Below, one piece after another: positions 8,500-17,985 of a stretch of DNA of 61,282 nucleotides. Every line of letters begins with the position of its first letter. Positions within the stretch are counted from its first letter, which is position 1. Below the pieces are notes generated by a model that did not search any database, was not told the origin of the DNA, and was given only the letters and a program-made list of their open reading frames with translations. The translations under genes and the position numbers were made by a program. This DNA is from an uncultured Alphaproteobacteria bacterium (GTDB lineage Bacteria; Pseudomonadota; Alphaproteobacteria; RF32; CAG-239): assembly GCA_944390375.1 (NCBI GenBank), contig CALXPZ010000101.1, positions 1 to 61,282 on the forward strand. Direction: 5' to 3'.

Positions 8500-9822
8500 A
8501 TGTCCAATATCAAAGTCAGATTTGCTCCGTCGCCGACCGGGCATATGCATATAGGCAACACCAGAACAGCTTTGTTTAACTGGCTTTTGGCGCAAAAACT
8601 CGGCGGCCGCTTTATGCTGCGGATTGACGATACCGATCGCGAACGTTCCAAAGAAGAATACGAACGTGGCATTCGCGATGCGCTGCAATGGCTGGGATTG
8701 ATCTGGTCCGACGAGGCCAGGCAGTCGGCCCGTATTGAACGCTACCGGGAAGTAACCGGACAACTGGTCAAAGAAGGTTTGATTTATCCCTGTTATGAAA
8801 CTCCGGAAGAACTTGAGTTGATGCGCAAAACCATGCTGGCCAAAGGGCAGCCGCCGATTTACGACCGCCGTGCGCTGCGCTTGACGCAAGAACAGATTTC
8901 AGCCTACGAAAAAGAAGGCCGCCGCCCGCATTATCGTTTCAAACTGCTGCCGGGCAATATCGAATGGGAAGATATGGTGCGGGGAACCTGCCGTTATACG
9001 GCGGAAAATTTGAGCGACCCCGTTGTTATCCGCGAAGACGGGAGTTATCTGTATCATCTGCCGTCGGTGATTGACGATATGGATTTTGCCATCACCCACA
9101 TTGTTCGCGGGGAAGACCATGTTACCAATACGGCCTCACAGATCAGGATGTTTGAGGCCATCGGCGGCAAAGTGCCGGTTTTTGCCCACCTGCCGCTGCT
9201 GACCGGCAAAGAAGGAAAATTGTCCAAACGATTGGGCTCGGTCGGTGTGGCCGAACTGCGTGCGGAAGGCATTGAGGCAATGGCGATTTGTTCTTATCTT
9301 GCCAAGCTGGGAACTTCGGAAGCGGTGGAGCCTTTTTACGATTTGGACAGTCTGGCCGCCAGCCTTGATTTTTCAAAATTAGGCCGTGCGCAGCCCAAAT
9401 TTTCCGAGGAGGATTTGCGGCACTTCAACACCCGTCTGGTACGGGGGCTGGACTATGAGATGGTTCAGGGCCGGGTGAATGTTGACAAAACGTTTTGGAA
9501 TGCTATCCGCGGCAATCTGAATGTGGTTGACGATATAAAACTGTGGCAGTCGATATGTTGTTGTCCGGTTCAGCCGGAAATAGAAGATAAAGAATTGACA
9601 ACGCTGGCAGCAGAGCTGCTGCCGCCCGAGCCGTGGAACGGGGAAACCTTTGCCGGCTGGGTAGAAAAAATAAAAGAAAAAACCGGTCTCAAAGGGAAAG
9701 CCCTGTTTCATCCGCTGCGCAAGGCGGTTACCGGCAGGGAAGACGGGCCGGAACTGAAGATTTTATTGCCGTTGATCGGACGGGAGCGGGTTTTCCGCCG
9801 CTTAAACGGCGAATATGCGTAA
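8500..9822 (+). CDS. gltX: Glutamyl-tRNA synthetase
   Basis: RFAPSPTGHMHIGNTRTALFNW (HIGH) and KLSKRLGS (KMSKS). The start is trimmed to ATG 8500. Confidence 0.9.
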   Translation: MSNIKVRFAPSPTGHMHIGNTRTALFNWLLAQKLGGRFMLRIDDTDRERSKEEYERGIRDALQWLGLIWSDEARQSARIERYREVTGQLVKEGLIYPCYETPEELELMRKTMLAKGQPPIYDRRALRLTQEQISAYEKEGRRPHYRFKLLPGNIEWEDMVRGTCRYTAENLSDPVVIREDGSYLYHLPSVIDDMDFAITHIVRGEDHVTNTASQIRMFEAIGGKVPVFAHLPLLTGKEGKLSKRLGSVGVAELRAEGIEAMAICSYLAKLGTSEAVEPFYDLDSLAASLDFSKLGRAQPKFSEEDLRHFNTRLVRGLDYEMVQGRVNVDKTFWNAIRGNLNVVDDIKLWQSICCCPVQPEIEDKELTTLAAELLPPEPWNGETFAGWVEKIKEKTGLKGKALFHPLRKAVTGREDGPELKILLPLIGRERVFRRLNGEYA

Positions 9823-9836
9823 AAAAGGAGAATAAA

Positions 9837-11225
9837 ATGCCGGAAATGTATTTGCACAACACATTAAAACGCCGCAAAGAAAAATTTGTGCCCCTGGATG
9901 AAAAAAATGTCCGTATGTATGTCTGCGGTCCCACGGTTTATGACCGGGCGCACCTGGGCAATGCCAAATCCGCGGTTGTTTTTGACGTGCTTAACCGTGT
10001 TTTGCGCGCGGTTTACGGCAAAGATCATGTAACTTATGTGTCCAACATCACCGATATAGACGATAAAATTTTAAACAAACATCAGGAAACCGGACGCCCG
10101 ATCAGCGAAATTACCCGCGAAACATATCAGTGGTATCTGGACGATATGCATGCGTTGAATGTGGCGGATCCCGATTACCGCCCGCGGGCAACCGAATTTG
10201 TAAACGAGATGATCGAACTGGTTGAGCTTTTGCTTAAAAACGGTCATGCCTATGAGGCAAACGGTCATGTTTTGTTTTCGGTCGATTCGATGCCGAATTA
10301 CGGCTTTCTTTCCGGCCGCAGCATGAAAGAGATGCTGGCCGGCGCCCGTATTGAGGTTGCCGATTACAAGAAAAATCCGGCCGATTTCATTTTGTGGAAA
10401 CCGTCCGAAGACGGACAGCCCGGCTGGGACAGCCCGTGGGGCTACGGTCGTCCGGGCTGGCATTTGGAATGCTCTGCCATGAGTTCAAAATATCTCGGCA
10501 ACTCTTTTGATATCCATGGCGGCGGCGCCGATTTGATTTTCCCGCATCACGAGAACGAGTGCGCTCAGTCTTTGTGCGCCCACCCGGGAGAAACTTTTGC
10601 CCGCTACTGGGTTCATGCCGGTATGTTGATGGTTGACGGTGTTAAAATGTCCAAATCGCTCGGCAATTTTTATACCGTAAACCAGCTGATCGGCGAATAT
10701 CCGGCGGAAGCGCTCCGGCTTTTGTTTATCAGTACCCACTATCACCAGCCGTTTAATTTTACCTTTGAGGGGTTAAAGCAGGCCAAATCGGTGCTGGATA
10801 AATTTTATAACGCCCTCTTAAAGGTATCTGCCCTGCCGGTCAATGCGGAAAATACGCGTCCGGACGAGCGGGTGCTGGAAGCTTTGTGCGATGACCTGAA
10901 TACCCCGCTGGCGCTTTCTTATCTCCACGAAATCGTCAATAACCTGAACAAAGCGGAGCAGCCGGAAGAACAGAAAAAATACAAAGCCGTTCTGCTGGCC
11001 TCGGCCGGTGTAATGGGGCTCTTGTACCAGGATCCCGAAAAATGGTTCAAACAGGGAAGCGGCAGCACTGTTGACGAAGAAGAAATCAATCGGCTGATAG
11101 AAGAACGTGCCGCCGCCAAAAAAGAAAAGAACTATGCCCGTGCGGACGAAATCCGCGGTCAACTCAAGGAGGCCGGTATCGTACTGGAAGACACGCCTGC
11201 CGGCACCACCTGGAAAAGGCTCTGA
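9837..11225 (+). CDS. cysS: Cysteinyl-tRNA synthetase
   Basis: [17 protein letters not shown], the WHLECSAM zinc site, and [14 protein letters not shown] lies before ATG 9837. Confidence 0.95.
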   Translation: MPEMYLHNTLKRRKEKFVPLDEKNVRMYVCGPTVYDRAHLGNAKSAVVFDVLNRVLRAVYGKDHVTYVSNITDIDDKILNKHQETGRPISEITRETYQWYLDDMHALNVADPDYRPRATEFVNEMIELVELLLKNGHAYEANGHVLFSVDSMPNYGFLSGRSMKEMLAGARIEVADYKKNPADFILWKPSEDGQPGWDSPWGYGRPGWHLECSAMSSKYLGNSFDIHGGGADLIFPHHENECAQSLCAHPGETFARYWVHAGMLMVDGVKMSKSLGNFYTVNQLIGEYPAEALRLLFISTHYHQPFNFTFEGLKQAKSVLDKFYNALLKVSALPVNAENTRPDERVLEALCDDLNTPLALSYLHEIVNNLNKAEQPEEQKKYKAVLLASAGVMGLLYQDPEKWFKQGSGSTVDEEEINRLIEERAAAKKEKNYARADEIRGQLKEAGIVLEDTPAGTTWKRL

Positions 11226-11227
11226 TT

Positions 11228-11461
11228 TCAGTTGATAAAACGCTGAAATCGTGTTTTTTCTTTATGATGTTTAATTTGAGAAAAGACCGTGTCGGCAAAA
11301 GATTTTTTGGCCATATAAGTAATGAACAGAGGCTCTTCAAGCTGCAATTTTCCGAGCGTTTCTTCAAGAGCCTCAAAACTTTTATAAATTTTGCCGATGA
11401 GTATGATATCCCGCTCGTCGCTGTTTTCTGAAATTGACTTTTTCTTAACCGCCTGTCCCAT
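11228..11461 (-). CDS. Hypothetical 77-aa protein
   Basis: Strong RBS AAGGAGGAG 8 nt before the ATG. No family recognised. Confidence 0.5.
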   Translation of the reverse strand: MGQAVKKKSISENSDERDIILIGKIYKSFEALEETLGKLQLEEPLFITYMAKKSFADTVFSQIKHHKEKTRFQRFIN

Positions 11462-11607
11462 TGTTTTATATCTCCTCCTTAAGATAAGCTGTTGTAATCA
11501 CAAAAAGACTATAGCACGGCTAAAAATTTGCGGTAGTAGCTAAAAGTCGGCGTGGGGTGACCAAAAATAAGTGCACCGAGGGATACACCGGTCGGTGGTG
11601 AGGTCTG

Positions 11608-11796
11608 CTAGTTTTTCAATCGGCGGCACTTGGCGGGGAGACTAAAACGGATATGCTGCTCGCGGTAGTCGTATATAATATATCTTCCCCGCGCCCAGCT
11701 TTCGACCAGAATATCTACCGTACGACGCCGGCAGTGCCGGTCATAATCGGGTGTCGACAGGGAAAGGTTGTGAATAAGAAAACAAAGCTCTTTCAT
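11608..11796 (-). CDS. Hypothetical 62-aa basic protein
   Basis: GGAG lies 8 nt before the ATG. No family recognised. Confidence 0.4.
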   Translation of the reverse strand: MKELCFLIHNLSLSTPDYDRHCRRRTVDILVESWARGRYIIYDYREQHIRFSLPAKCRRLKN

Positions 11797-11961
11797 ATTT
11801 TTCTCCTGTCAGTTCAGATATTTCGTGCATTAAAAAAAACAACCTCTACAAAATTATTGCGTACCGTAAATATATTTTTTATCTTGTCAAAAAATATTTC
11901 GGCGGGCGAAGGATTCGCGTTCTAAAATAAAAATGTCCGCCGTCAAAAAGGAGAATAAAAA

Positions 11962-12432
11962 ATGGAAAACAAGACCAATGCCATGCGGATACTTGATCGG
12001 AACAAAGTTGTTTACCGCTCGTATTCGTATGACAACAGCCGTGCCTTAAGCGGTATAGAAGTGGCAACATTATTGGGACAAAACCCGAAACAGGTGTTCA
12101 AAACGTTGGTAACTGTCGGCAAATCGCGTCAGCACTATGTTTTTATGATTCCGGTTGCAGAAGAGCTTGATCTGAAAAAAGCGGCGGCCGCTGCCGGTGA
12201 AAAATCGGTGGATATGGTCAAATCAAAAGAGTTGCTCGGACTGACCGGCTATATTCACGGTGGCTGTTCTCCGCTCGGGATGAAAAAACTGTTTCCGACC
12301 TTTGCCGACGAAACCGCGGAAAATTTTGCCACCATCATTTTCAGTGCCGGCCGGATCGGGATGCAGATTGAAGCGCCGCTTTCGGCCCTAAAAGAAATTG
12401 TCGGCTTAAAAACATTCCGCTTGACGGTATAA
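11962..12432 (+). CDS. ybaK: Cys-tRNA(Pro)/Cys-tRNA(Cys) deacylase YbaK
   Basis: 156 aa, with TNAMRILD at the N-terminus and YIHGGCSPLG. AAGGAG RBS. Confidence 0.85.
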   Translation: MENKTNAMRILDRNKVVYRSYSYDNSRALSGIEVATLLGQNPKQVFKTLVTVGKSRQHYVFMIPVAEELDLKKAAAAAGEKSVDMVKSKELLGLTGYIHGGCSPLGMKKLFPTFADETAENFATIIFSAGRIGMQIEAPLSALKEIVGLKTFRLTV

Positions 12433-12505
12433 TCCGGTGTCAATAAAAGTTTTGTCAAAGTTTTTTCTTTTGGTACCGGAAACAGAGCTTTGGGGTGTAA
12501 CTTTG

Positions 12506-12534
12506 TTGACAAAAATATCCGAGCGTGCTATAAA
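12506..12534 (+). promoter_or_regulatory. Sigma70-like promoter upstream of the ACP-like pair
   Basis: TTGACA, 17 nt spacer, TATAAA. Confidence 0.35.
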
Positions 12535-12568
12535 AATCCCGTATTAACGATTTTTAATTATAATTTTT

Positions 12569-12862
12569 ATGGAGAATAATAACAACATTAAGGTCAGCAC
12601 AAAGGAAGCTCAGACTGTGCTTGACCGGATTAAAGACATCATTGTCGAAAAATTATGCTGTGGTGAAGAAAAAGTCGTTCTTGATGCCTGCTGGCGCGAT
12701 GATTTGTGTGCAGATTCCCTGGATATGGCGGAAATCATGATAGAAATCGACAAGCGCCTGCAAATCTATGTGAACGAAGATGACGGTTGGAGCCCGTACG
12801 GCACGCTCAAAGACAGTTGTTCGGGAGTGGCGCGGACGTTGAAAAGCATGGGACGGATGTAA
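12569..12862 (+). CDS. Acyl/peptidyl carrier protein-like (copy 1)
   Basis: Phosphopantetheine-site motif LCADSLDMAEIMIEI. It also has a C-terminal extension. Confidence 0.65.
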   Translation: MENNNNIKVSTKEAQTVLDRIKDIIVEKLCCGEEKVVLDACWRDDLCADSLDMAEIMIEIDKRLQIYVNEDDGWSPYGTLKDSCSGVARTLKSMGRM

Positions 12863-12880
12863 AACAAAAAAATTTGACCT

Positions 12881-13165
12881 ATGCGAAAAACCGTTGAAAC
12901 TCCGCCGGCCGATGCTCAAAAGCAGAAAGCCGCGTTTAAGGGAATTTGTCAGATTGTAAAGGAAGAGCTTGCCCTGGACGGACGCAAATTGTCTGAGGAA
13001 GACCGTTTGTACTATGATCTGGGGGCAGATTCTCTTGATATGCTGATTATTATCAAAAAGGTTGAAGAGAGGTTCGGCATCCGGATAAACATCAATGACA
13101 AAAACTGGGACAAAGGCAGTACGCTGCGGGACAACAGTGAGGCCGTTGCCCGGCTGATGCCGTAA
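12881..13165 (+). CDS. Acyl/peptidyl carrier protein-like (copy 2)
   Basis: LGADSLDMLIIIKKVEERFGI, with the same type of C-terminal extension (W..G(S/T)L(K/R)D......VAR). Confidence 0.7.
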   Translation: MRKTVETPPADAQKQKAAFKGICQIVKEELALDGRKLSEEDRLYYDLGADSLDMLIIIKKVEERFGIRININDKNWDKGSTLRDNSEAVARLMP

Positions 13166-13194
13166 CTTTGGCTGCTGATGCCGCTTATTTAAAA

Positions 13195-13226
13195 AACGTT
13201 TTCTCCTGGCAGAAAGCGTTTTTTTG
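13195..13226 (+). terminator. Intrinsic terminator after the ACP-like pair
   Basis: AACGTTTTC...GAAAGCGTT hairpin plus T7. Confidence 0.6.
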
Positions 13227-13329
13227 TGTCTGCATTTTTGCGGGGAATAAATTAAAATGCACTTGCGAACGAAAAAGGGGAACCCTATCTTATCAGTAAA
13301 ATGTTTTAATTCATCAAAGGAGAAAAAGC

Positions 13330-14499
13330 ATGAAGTTTGATTATTACATCCCCACCCGCATTTTGTTTGGCGCCGACCAGCTGAGTAACCTGCACCAGCA
13401 GCGGCTGCCGGGAAAAAAGGCGCTGATTGTCATTTCAAACGGCAAATCGACGCGTGCCAACGGCTATTTGGAACGGGTGGAAAAAGAACTGGAGCTGGCA
13501 GGTGCTGCCCATGTCGTGTTTGACAAAGTCCAGCCCAACCCGACCAAAGACAACGTGATGGAAGGCGCTGCGCTGGCGCGGGCGGAGGCTTGCGATTTTG
13601 TCATCGGGTTGGGCGGCGGTTCTCCGATTGATGCCGCCAAGGCGATTGCGGTTATGGCAACCAACCCCGGCGATTACTGGGATTATATTTCCGCCGGTTC
13701 GGGCAAAGGACGGCCGTTGTCGGTTCAACCTCTGCCGGTAGTGGCAATCACCACCACGGCGGGCACCGGTACCGAGGTCGATCCGTGGACGGTTATCACC
13801 AAAGAAGACAGTAACGAAAAAATCGGTGCCGGTTGGCCGGAAGTTTTCCCTGTATTGTCGGTTGTTGATCCCGATCTGATGATGACGGTTCCGCCGCATC
13901 TGACCGCCTATCAGGGATTTGACGCTCTTTTTCACAGCACCGAGGGCTACCTTGCCAAATGCAGCACGCCGATGAGCGACATTTATGCCTTAAAAGCCAT
14001 TGAACTGATCGGCCGCAGCCTGGCCAAAGCGGTCAAAGACGGTTCCGACAAAGAGGCGCGCACCGAGGTGGCGCTGGCCAACACCCTGTCGGGTATGGTC
14101 GAATCAACCTCCTGCTGCATTTCCGAACACAGTCTGGAACACGCCCTTTCGGCATATCATCCCAAGCTGCCGCACGGCGCCGGGCTGATTATGATCAGCC
14201 GCGCCTATTATCAGGCTTTTGCCGACAAACACGCCTGCGACGAACGGATGATTGAAATGGCCAAAGCATTGGGCAAAAAAGATGCAACCAAAGCCGAAGA
14301 TTTTGTTGCCGCGCTGGTTGAGTTGCAAAAGGCCTGCGGTGTCGATAACCTGAAAATGTCCGACTACGGCATTGATGGCGACAATCTCCGCCGCTATGCG
14401 CACAATGCGCGTGAAACGATGGGCGGCCTGTTTGCGCTTGATCCGGCGCCGCTTAACGAAGACGAATGTGTCGAAATTCTTCGTCGGTCATATAAATAA
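13330..14499 (+). CDS. Iron-containing (group III) alcohol dehydrogenase
   Basis: GLGGGSPIDAAKAIA, AITTTAGTGTE and the His cluster FHSTEGY...EHSLEHALS. Confidence 0.9.
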   Translation: MKFDYYIPTRILFGADQLSNLHQQRLPGKKALIVISNGKSTRANGYLERVEKELELAGAAHVVFDKVQPNPTKDNVMEGAALARAEACDFVIGLGGGSPIDAAKAIAVMATNPGDYWDYISAGSGKGRPLSVQPLPVVAITTTAGTGTEVDPWTVITKEDSNEKIGAGWPEVFPVLSVVDPDLMMTVPPHLTAYQGFDALFHSTEGYLAKCSTPMSDIYALKAIELIGRSLAKAVKDGSDKEARTEVALANTLSGMVESTSCCISEHSLEHALSAYHPKLPHGAGLIMISRAYYQAFADKHACDERMIEMAKALGKKDATKAEDFVAALVELQKACGVDNLKMSDYGIDGDNLRRYAHNARETMGGLFALDPAPLNEDECVEILRRSYK

Positions 14500-14728
14500 A
14501 AGATTGACAGCGGTAAAATCTGCCGTTAAGCTGAACTCATTGTTAACTTATCAGGGAAAACGAAAAAATGTTTTTTGCCTTGGCTGAAAATAAACATTTT
14601 GCCCGCCGCGTTAAGATGACGCCGGCGGCCGTTTCCCATACCGCTGCAACTGTTACCACCACCACCGTTATTCCGTTCCTCACCTTACGGAAAACGGCGT
14701 AGTTTGTTGCAGCTTTTATCAAACTTTT

Positions 14729-14768
14729 AACCGCCCGGTTTCGTAAGGAACCGGGCGGTTTCTTTTTT
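14729..14768 (+). terminator. Strong intrinsic terminator
   Basis: AACCGCCCGGTT-tcgtaagg-AACCGGGCGGTT hairpin plus TCTTTTTT. Confidence 0.75.
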
Positions 14769-14801
14769 ATTTCGTTATTTATAAAACAAAGGAGAACCGA
14801 T

Positions 14802-15308
14802 ATGAAAATCAGAGCAGCCCGTTTAAGTGATCTTCCGGCCATTATGGAAATCATCGGTGAAGCCAAACAGAATTTGAAAGAACAGGGGGTAAACCAGTGG
14901 CAACGGAACTATCCGAACAGCAGCGTCATAGAGCGGGACATTGTTTCCGGTAGCTGCTATGTGGCGGAAGAAGAAGGGCAGGTGGCGGCCTCTTTTGCCG
15001 TTTCCTTCGACGGCGATGCCGATTATGACAAAATCTATAACGGCAGTTGGCGGCAGGAAGGGCGTTTTGCCGTTGTTCACCGGGTGGCGGTCGGTGCAGC
15101 CTGGCGGGGGCGGGGATTGGCTTCGGCCGCTTTGCGCCATGCCGAAAAATTGTCGCTTGCCCGCAATATCGGCTATCTGAAGATTGACACGCACCGCGAC
15201 AATCTGCCGATGCGCCGGGTGCTCGGCAAAAACGATTTTGCTTTTTGCGGACAGATAGACATTGCCGACGGTTCTTCACGGATTGTGTTTGATAAGATCT
15301 GCCGATAA
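14802..15308 (+). CDS. GNAT-family N-acetyltransferase
   Basis: HRVAVGAAWRGRGLASAALRHAE (acetyl-CoA motif A). AAGGAG RBS. Confidence 0.85.
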   Translation: MKIRAARLSDLPAIMEIIGEAKQNLKEQGVNQWQRNYPNSSVIERDIVSGSCYVAEEEGQVAASFAVSFDGDADYDKIYNGSWRQEGRFAVVHRVAVGAAWRGRGLASAALRHAEKLSLARNIGYLKIDTHRDNLPMRRVLGKNDFAFCGQIDIADGSSRIVFDKICR

Positions 15309-15325
15309 CAAAATTTTTCGCACAC

Positions 15326-15354
15326 AAAAACCCCGGGAAAATCCCGGGGCTTTT
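15326..15354. terminator. Bidirectional terminator between the GNAT gene and hsp20
   Basis: A5-CCCCGGGA-aaa-TCCCGGGG-CTTTT. Confidence 0.7.
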
Positions 15355-15369
15355 GAGGGGAGCAAAAAA

Positions 15370-15849
15370 TTATTTGCGGTTGATGGCAATTTTATGTTTT
15401 TTGCCTTGTTCGTCGGACGATTTCGGAACGGAAATGGTCAGCACGCCGTTTTCAAAATCGGCTTTGGCGGCGTCAAATTTCAGATCCCACGGCAACGGAA
15501 CCGTACGGCTGAAAGAGCCGTAGGAAATTTCCGAAAAATAGCTGCCCTTGTGCTCTTCCTTGCGTTCCTGTTTTTTCTCGCCGGAAATGGTCAGATATCC
15601 GTCGGACGAGAGTTCCAGATCAATGTCATCTTCTTTCATACCCGGCACTTCGGCGCGGACGGTTACTTCTTTTTCATTTTCGCTGACCTCGATTTTCGGT
15701 TCGTTTTTGGCGGCAAAGCGTCTTTCTTCCGGAAAGTCGAGCCAGCCGTTGAAAAAGCTGTTGACCAGATCGTTAAAATCTTTGTTAAAACCATAGCGCA
15801 TCGGAGCGTTACGACCGTGTTCTTTGCGGCTGATTAATGAATCGGACAT
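15370..15849 (-). CDS. Small heat-shock protein (Hsp20/alpha-crystallin family)
   Basis: Alpha-crystallin core LPGMKEDDIDLEL...L.ISGEKK...F.R...LP...A.FENGVLTISVPK. Confidence 0.9.
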   Translation of the reverse strand: MSDSLISRKEHGRNAPMRYGFNKDFNDLVNSFFNGWLDFPEERRFAAKNEPKIEVSENEKEVTVRAEVPGMKEDDIDLELSSDGYLTISGEKKQERKEEHKGSYFSEISYGSFSRTVPLPWDLKFDAAKADFENGVLTISVPKSSDEQGKKHKIAINRK

Positions 15850-15900
15850 TTTAAACCTCCTTAAAATTGTTTTTTTGACTGTTCGTCATCTATTAATGTA

Positions 15901-15930
15901 GCTAGGGTGTCAAAATGTCCGAGTCAAGAG
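15901..15930 (-). promoter_or_regulatory. Possible RpoH (sigma32)-type promoter of hsp20
   Basis: On the minus strand: CTTGAC, 15 nt spacer, CCCTAGCT. This resembles the alphaproteobacterial CTTG...CYTAT consensus as I recall it. Confidence 0.3.
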
Positions 15931-15947
15931 ACAGCCGCAAATTTTTT

Positions 15948-17849
15948 TTAATTTTTTAATGCCCGCAGCGAATTGGCAACCGCCAGCAGCGCCACTCCGA
16001 CATCGGCAAACACGGCGCCCCACATGGTTACCGCTCCGAAAGCGCCAAATACAAGAAACAGCGCTTTGACACCCAAGGCAAAAACAATGTTCTGGCGGAC
16101 GATGTTCATGGTTTTGCGGGCAATGCGTACGGCCAGCGGCACTTTTCCGGGATCATCGTCCATAATGACAGCATCGGCCGCTTCAATGGCTGCGTCGGAA
16201 CCGAGCCCGCCCATTGCGATACCGGTGTCCGCCCGGGTCAGCACGGGAGCGTCGTTGATGCCGTCGCCGGCAAAAATAACGGTGCCGTTTTTCTTCTCAC
16301 AGATCAGTTCTTCCAGCTTTTCCACTTTGCCGGCCGGCAGCAGTCCGGCATAAAAACGGTCGATTCCGAGTTCGGCGGCAACCGGTGCGGCGGCTTTGCG
16401 GGTATCGCCGGTCAGCATCACGCTTTCAATACCGAGATTTTTTAATTCCCGCACGGCGTCGGCCGCGTCCTCTTTGGGGGCATCGGCTATGACAATGGCG
16501 CCGAGATAGCGGCGGTCTTCGGCCACGTAAACAACGGTGCCGCCGCCCGCGGTTTCGGATGGAACCGGGACGGAAAACTCTTTCATCAATCCGAGATTGC
16601 CGGCAAGGATTTCCTTTTTTCCCTTTTGCACGCAGACACCGCGGCCGGTCAGCTCTTCCGCCTTGCCGTCGTTGCAGAGGTCCTCCGTTGTTCCGGCGGC
16701 CTTGCGGATGGAAACGGCGATCGGGTGGTTAGAAATGCTTTCTGCCGCCGCGGCCGTTTGCAGCAGCCGTTGTTCGTCAATGCCTTCTGCCGGCAGCAGC
16801 CGGCTGACCGCAAAAGTACCGCGGGTGAGGGTGCCGGTCTTGTCAAAAACGGCGGTACGGCAGCGGGCAAGCGCCTCCAGATAATTGCTGCCTTTAATCA
16901 GAATACCCTGACGCGAGGCGCCGCCGATGCCGGCAAAAAAGCCGAGCGGCACCGAGATAACCAAAGCGCAGGGGCAGGAAATAACCAAAAAGGTGAGCGC
17001 CCGCTTAAACCAGACCTCAAAATCCGCACCGTTTAAAAGCAGCGGCGGCAGCACGGCCAGCATAACGGCGGCGGCAACGACCGCCGGCGTATAATAGCGG
17101 GCAAAACGGGTGATAAATTTTTCCGTGCGCGCTTTGCGGGCGTCGGCGTGTTCGACCAGTTCCAGGATTTTGGCCGCGGTCGATTCGCCGTAAATGCGGC
17201 TGACTCTGATTTTAAGCAGGCCGTTGGTATTGATGAATCCGCTGAGCGCTTCGCTTCCCGGTTTGAGCATACGCGGCAGCGATTCGCCGGTCAGAGCCGA
17301 GGTGTCGGCCGTGGCTTCTCCTTCGGTAACAATACCGTCAAGCGGCACTTTTTCGCCGCTTTTAACAACAATGATATCGCCGACGGCAATTTCTTCCGGC
17401 TTGTGTTTGACCGGTTTTCCGTTTTCTTCGCGGAAAGCAGCGTCGGGACGGATGTCCATCAGATCCGCAATCGAACGCCGGGATTTCTCAACGGCCCGGT
17501 GCTGCAAAAATTCACCGCTCTGATACAAAATCATCACCATTGCCGCTTCCGGATATTCGCCGACCGCGAGTGCGCCGATGGTGGCAATCGACATCAGGGC
17601 GTTTTCGTCCATCCATTCGCCGTGGGCAAGATTTTTTAAGGCCTGCCAGACAATGTCCGCACCGGCGGTAAGAAAGGCTGCCGCAAACAACGCCGCGGAT
17701 ATCGTTTTCGGCAAAATCCCGCAGACGGCGGCGGCAAACAGCAATACGGCCAGCCCGATTCGCGGCAATATGTAATCTTTCTGCCCGTGGTGATGATGGC
17801 AGCAGCTTTCGGAGTCGTGTTCATGACAATGGTTGTGTTGTTCGGACAT
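15948..17849 (-). CDS. P1B-type heavy-metal (Zn/Cd/Co-class) translocating ATPase
   Basis: The TM CPC motif (VISCPCALV), DKTGTLT, SNHPIA and GDGINDAP are present. The N-terminus is His/Cys-rich (HNHCHEHDSESCCHHHHG) and there is no HMA domain. Confidence 0.9.
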   Translation of the reverse strand: MSEQHNHCHEHDSESCCHHHHGQKDYILPRIGLAVLLFAAAVCGILPKTISAALFAAAFLTAGADIVWQALKNLAHGEWMDENALMSIATIGALAVGEYPEAAMVMILYQSGEFLQHRAVEKSRRSIADLMDIRPDAAFREENGKPVKHKPEEIAVGDIIVVKSGEKVPLDGIVTEGEATADTSALTGESLPRMLKPGSEALSGFINTNGLLKIRVSRIYGESTAAKILELVEHADARKARTEKFITRFARYYTPAVVAAAVMLAVLPPLLLNGADFEVWFKRALTFLVISCPCALVISVPLGFFAGIGGASRQGILIKGSNYLEALARCRTAVFDKTGTLTRGTFAVSRLLPAEGIDEQRLLQTAAAAESISNHPIAVSIRKAAGTTEDLCNDGKAEELTGRGVCVQKGKKEILAGNLGLMKEFSVPVPSETAGGGTVVYVAEDRRYLGAIVIADAPKEDAADAVRELKNLGIESVMLTGDTRKAAAPVAAELGIDRFYAGLLPAGKVEKLEELICEKKNGTVIFAGDGINDAPVLTRADTGIAMGGLGSDAAIEAADAVIMDDDPGKVPLAVRIARKTMNIVRQNIVFALGVKALFLVFGAFGAVTMWGAVFADVGVALLAVANSLRALKN

Positions 17850-17903
17850 AGTCTTTTCCTCTGTAATATGAATACTTGTTCAATCGTTATATGTTTATCA
17901 TAA

Positions 17904-17919
17904 TTGAACAGATGTTCAA
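17904..17919. promoter_or_regulatory. ArsR/SmtB-type operator (perfect 7-2-7 inverted repeat)
   Basis: TTGAACA-GA-TGTTCAA lies in the divergent intergenic region. A second imperfect site TGAATA-CT-TGTTCA is at 17869-17882. Confidence 0.6.
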
Positions 17920-17985
17920 CTGTCAACAAAAAACTTGCGTTCCCGGTGATTTTTCTTTATTCTTCAAAAGAACAAAGGAGTAACC

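Noticed and set aside
11462-11607. Possible structured ncRNA in the spacer between the two small ORFs (GC-rich segment CACCGACCGGTG...GGTCACCCCACGCC).
   Set aside because: It has only short, imperfect stems and no resemblance to SRP RNA, RNase P, tmRNA or riboswitch cores that I can recall. There is not enough evidence to call a feature.
14543-14866. 107-aa minus-strand ORF spanning the adh-GNAT intergenic region.
   Set aside because: It runs through the strong terminator hairpin and into the GNAT start, and has no RBS or homology.
15850-15947. ROSE-type RNA thermometer in the hsp20 leader.
   Set aside because: The leader is short, and I could not find the characteristic multi-hairpin structure with the bulged G opposite the SD. 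Only a sigma32-like promoter is tentatively noted.
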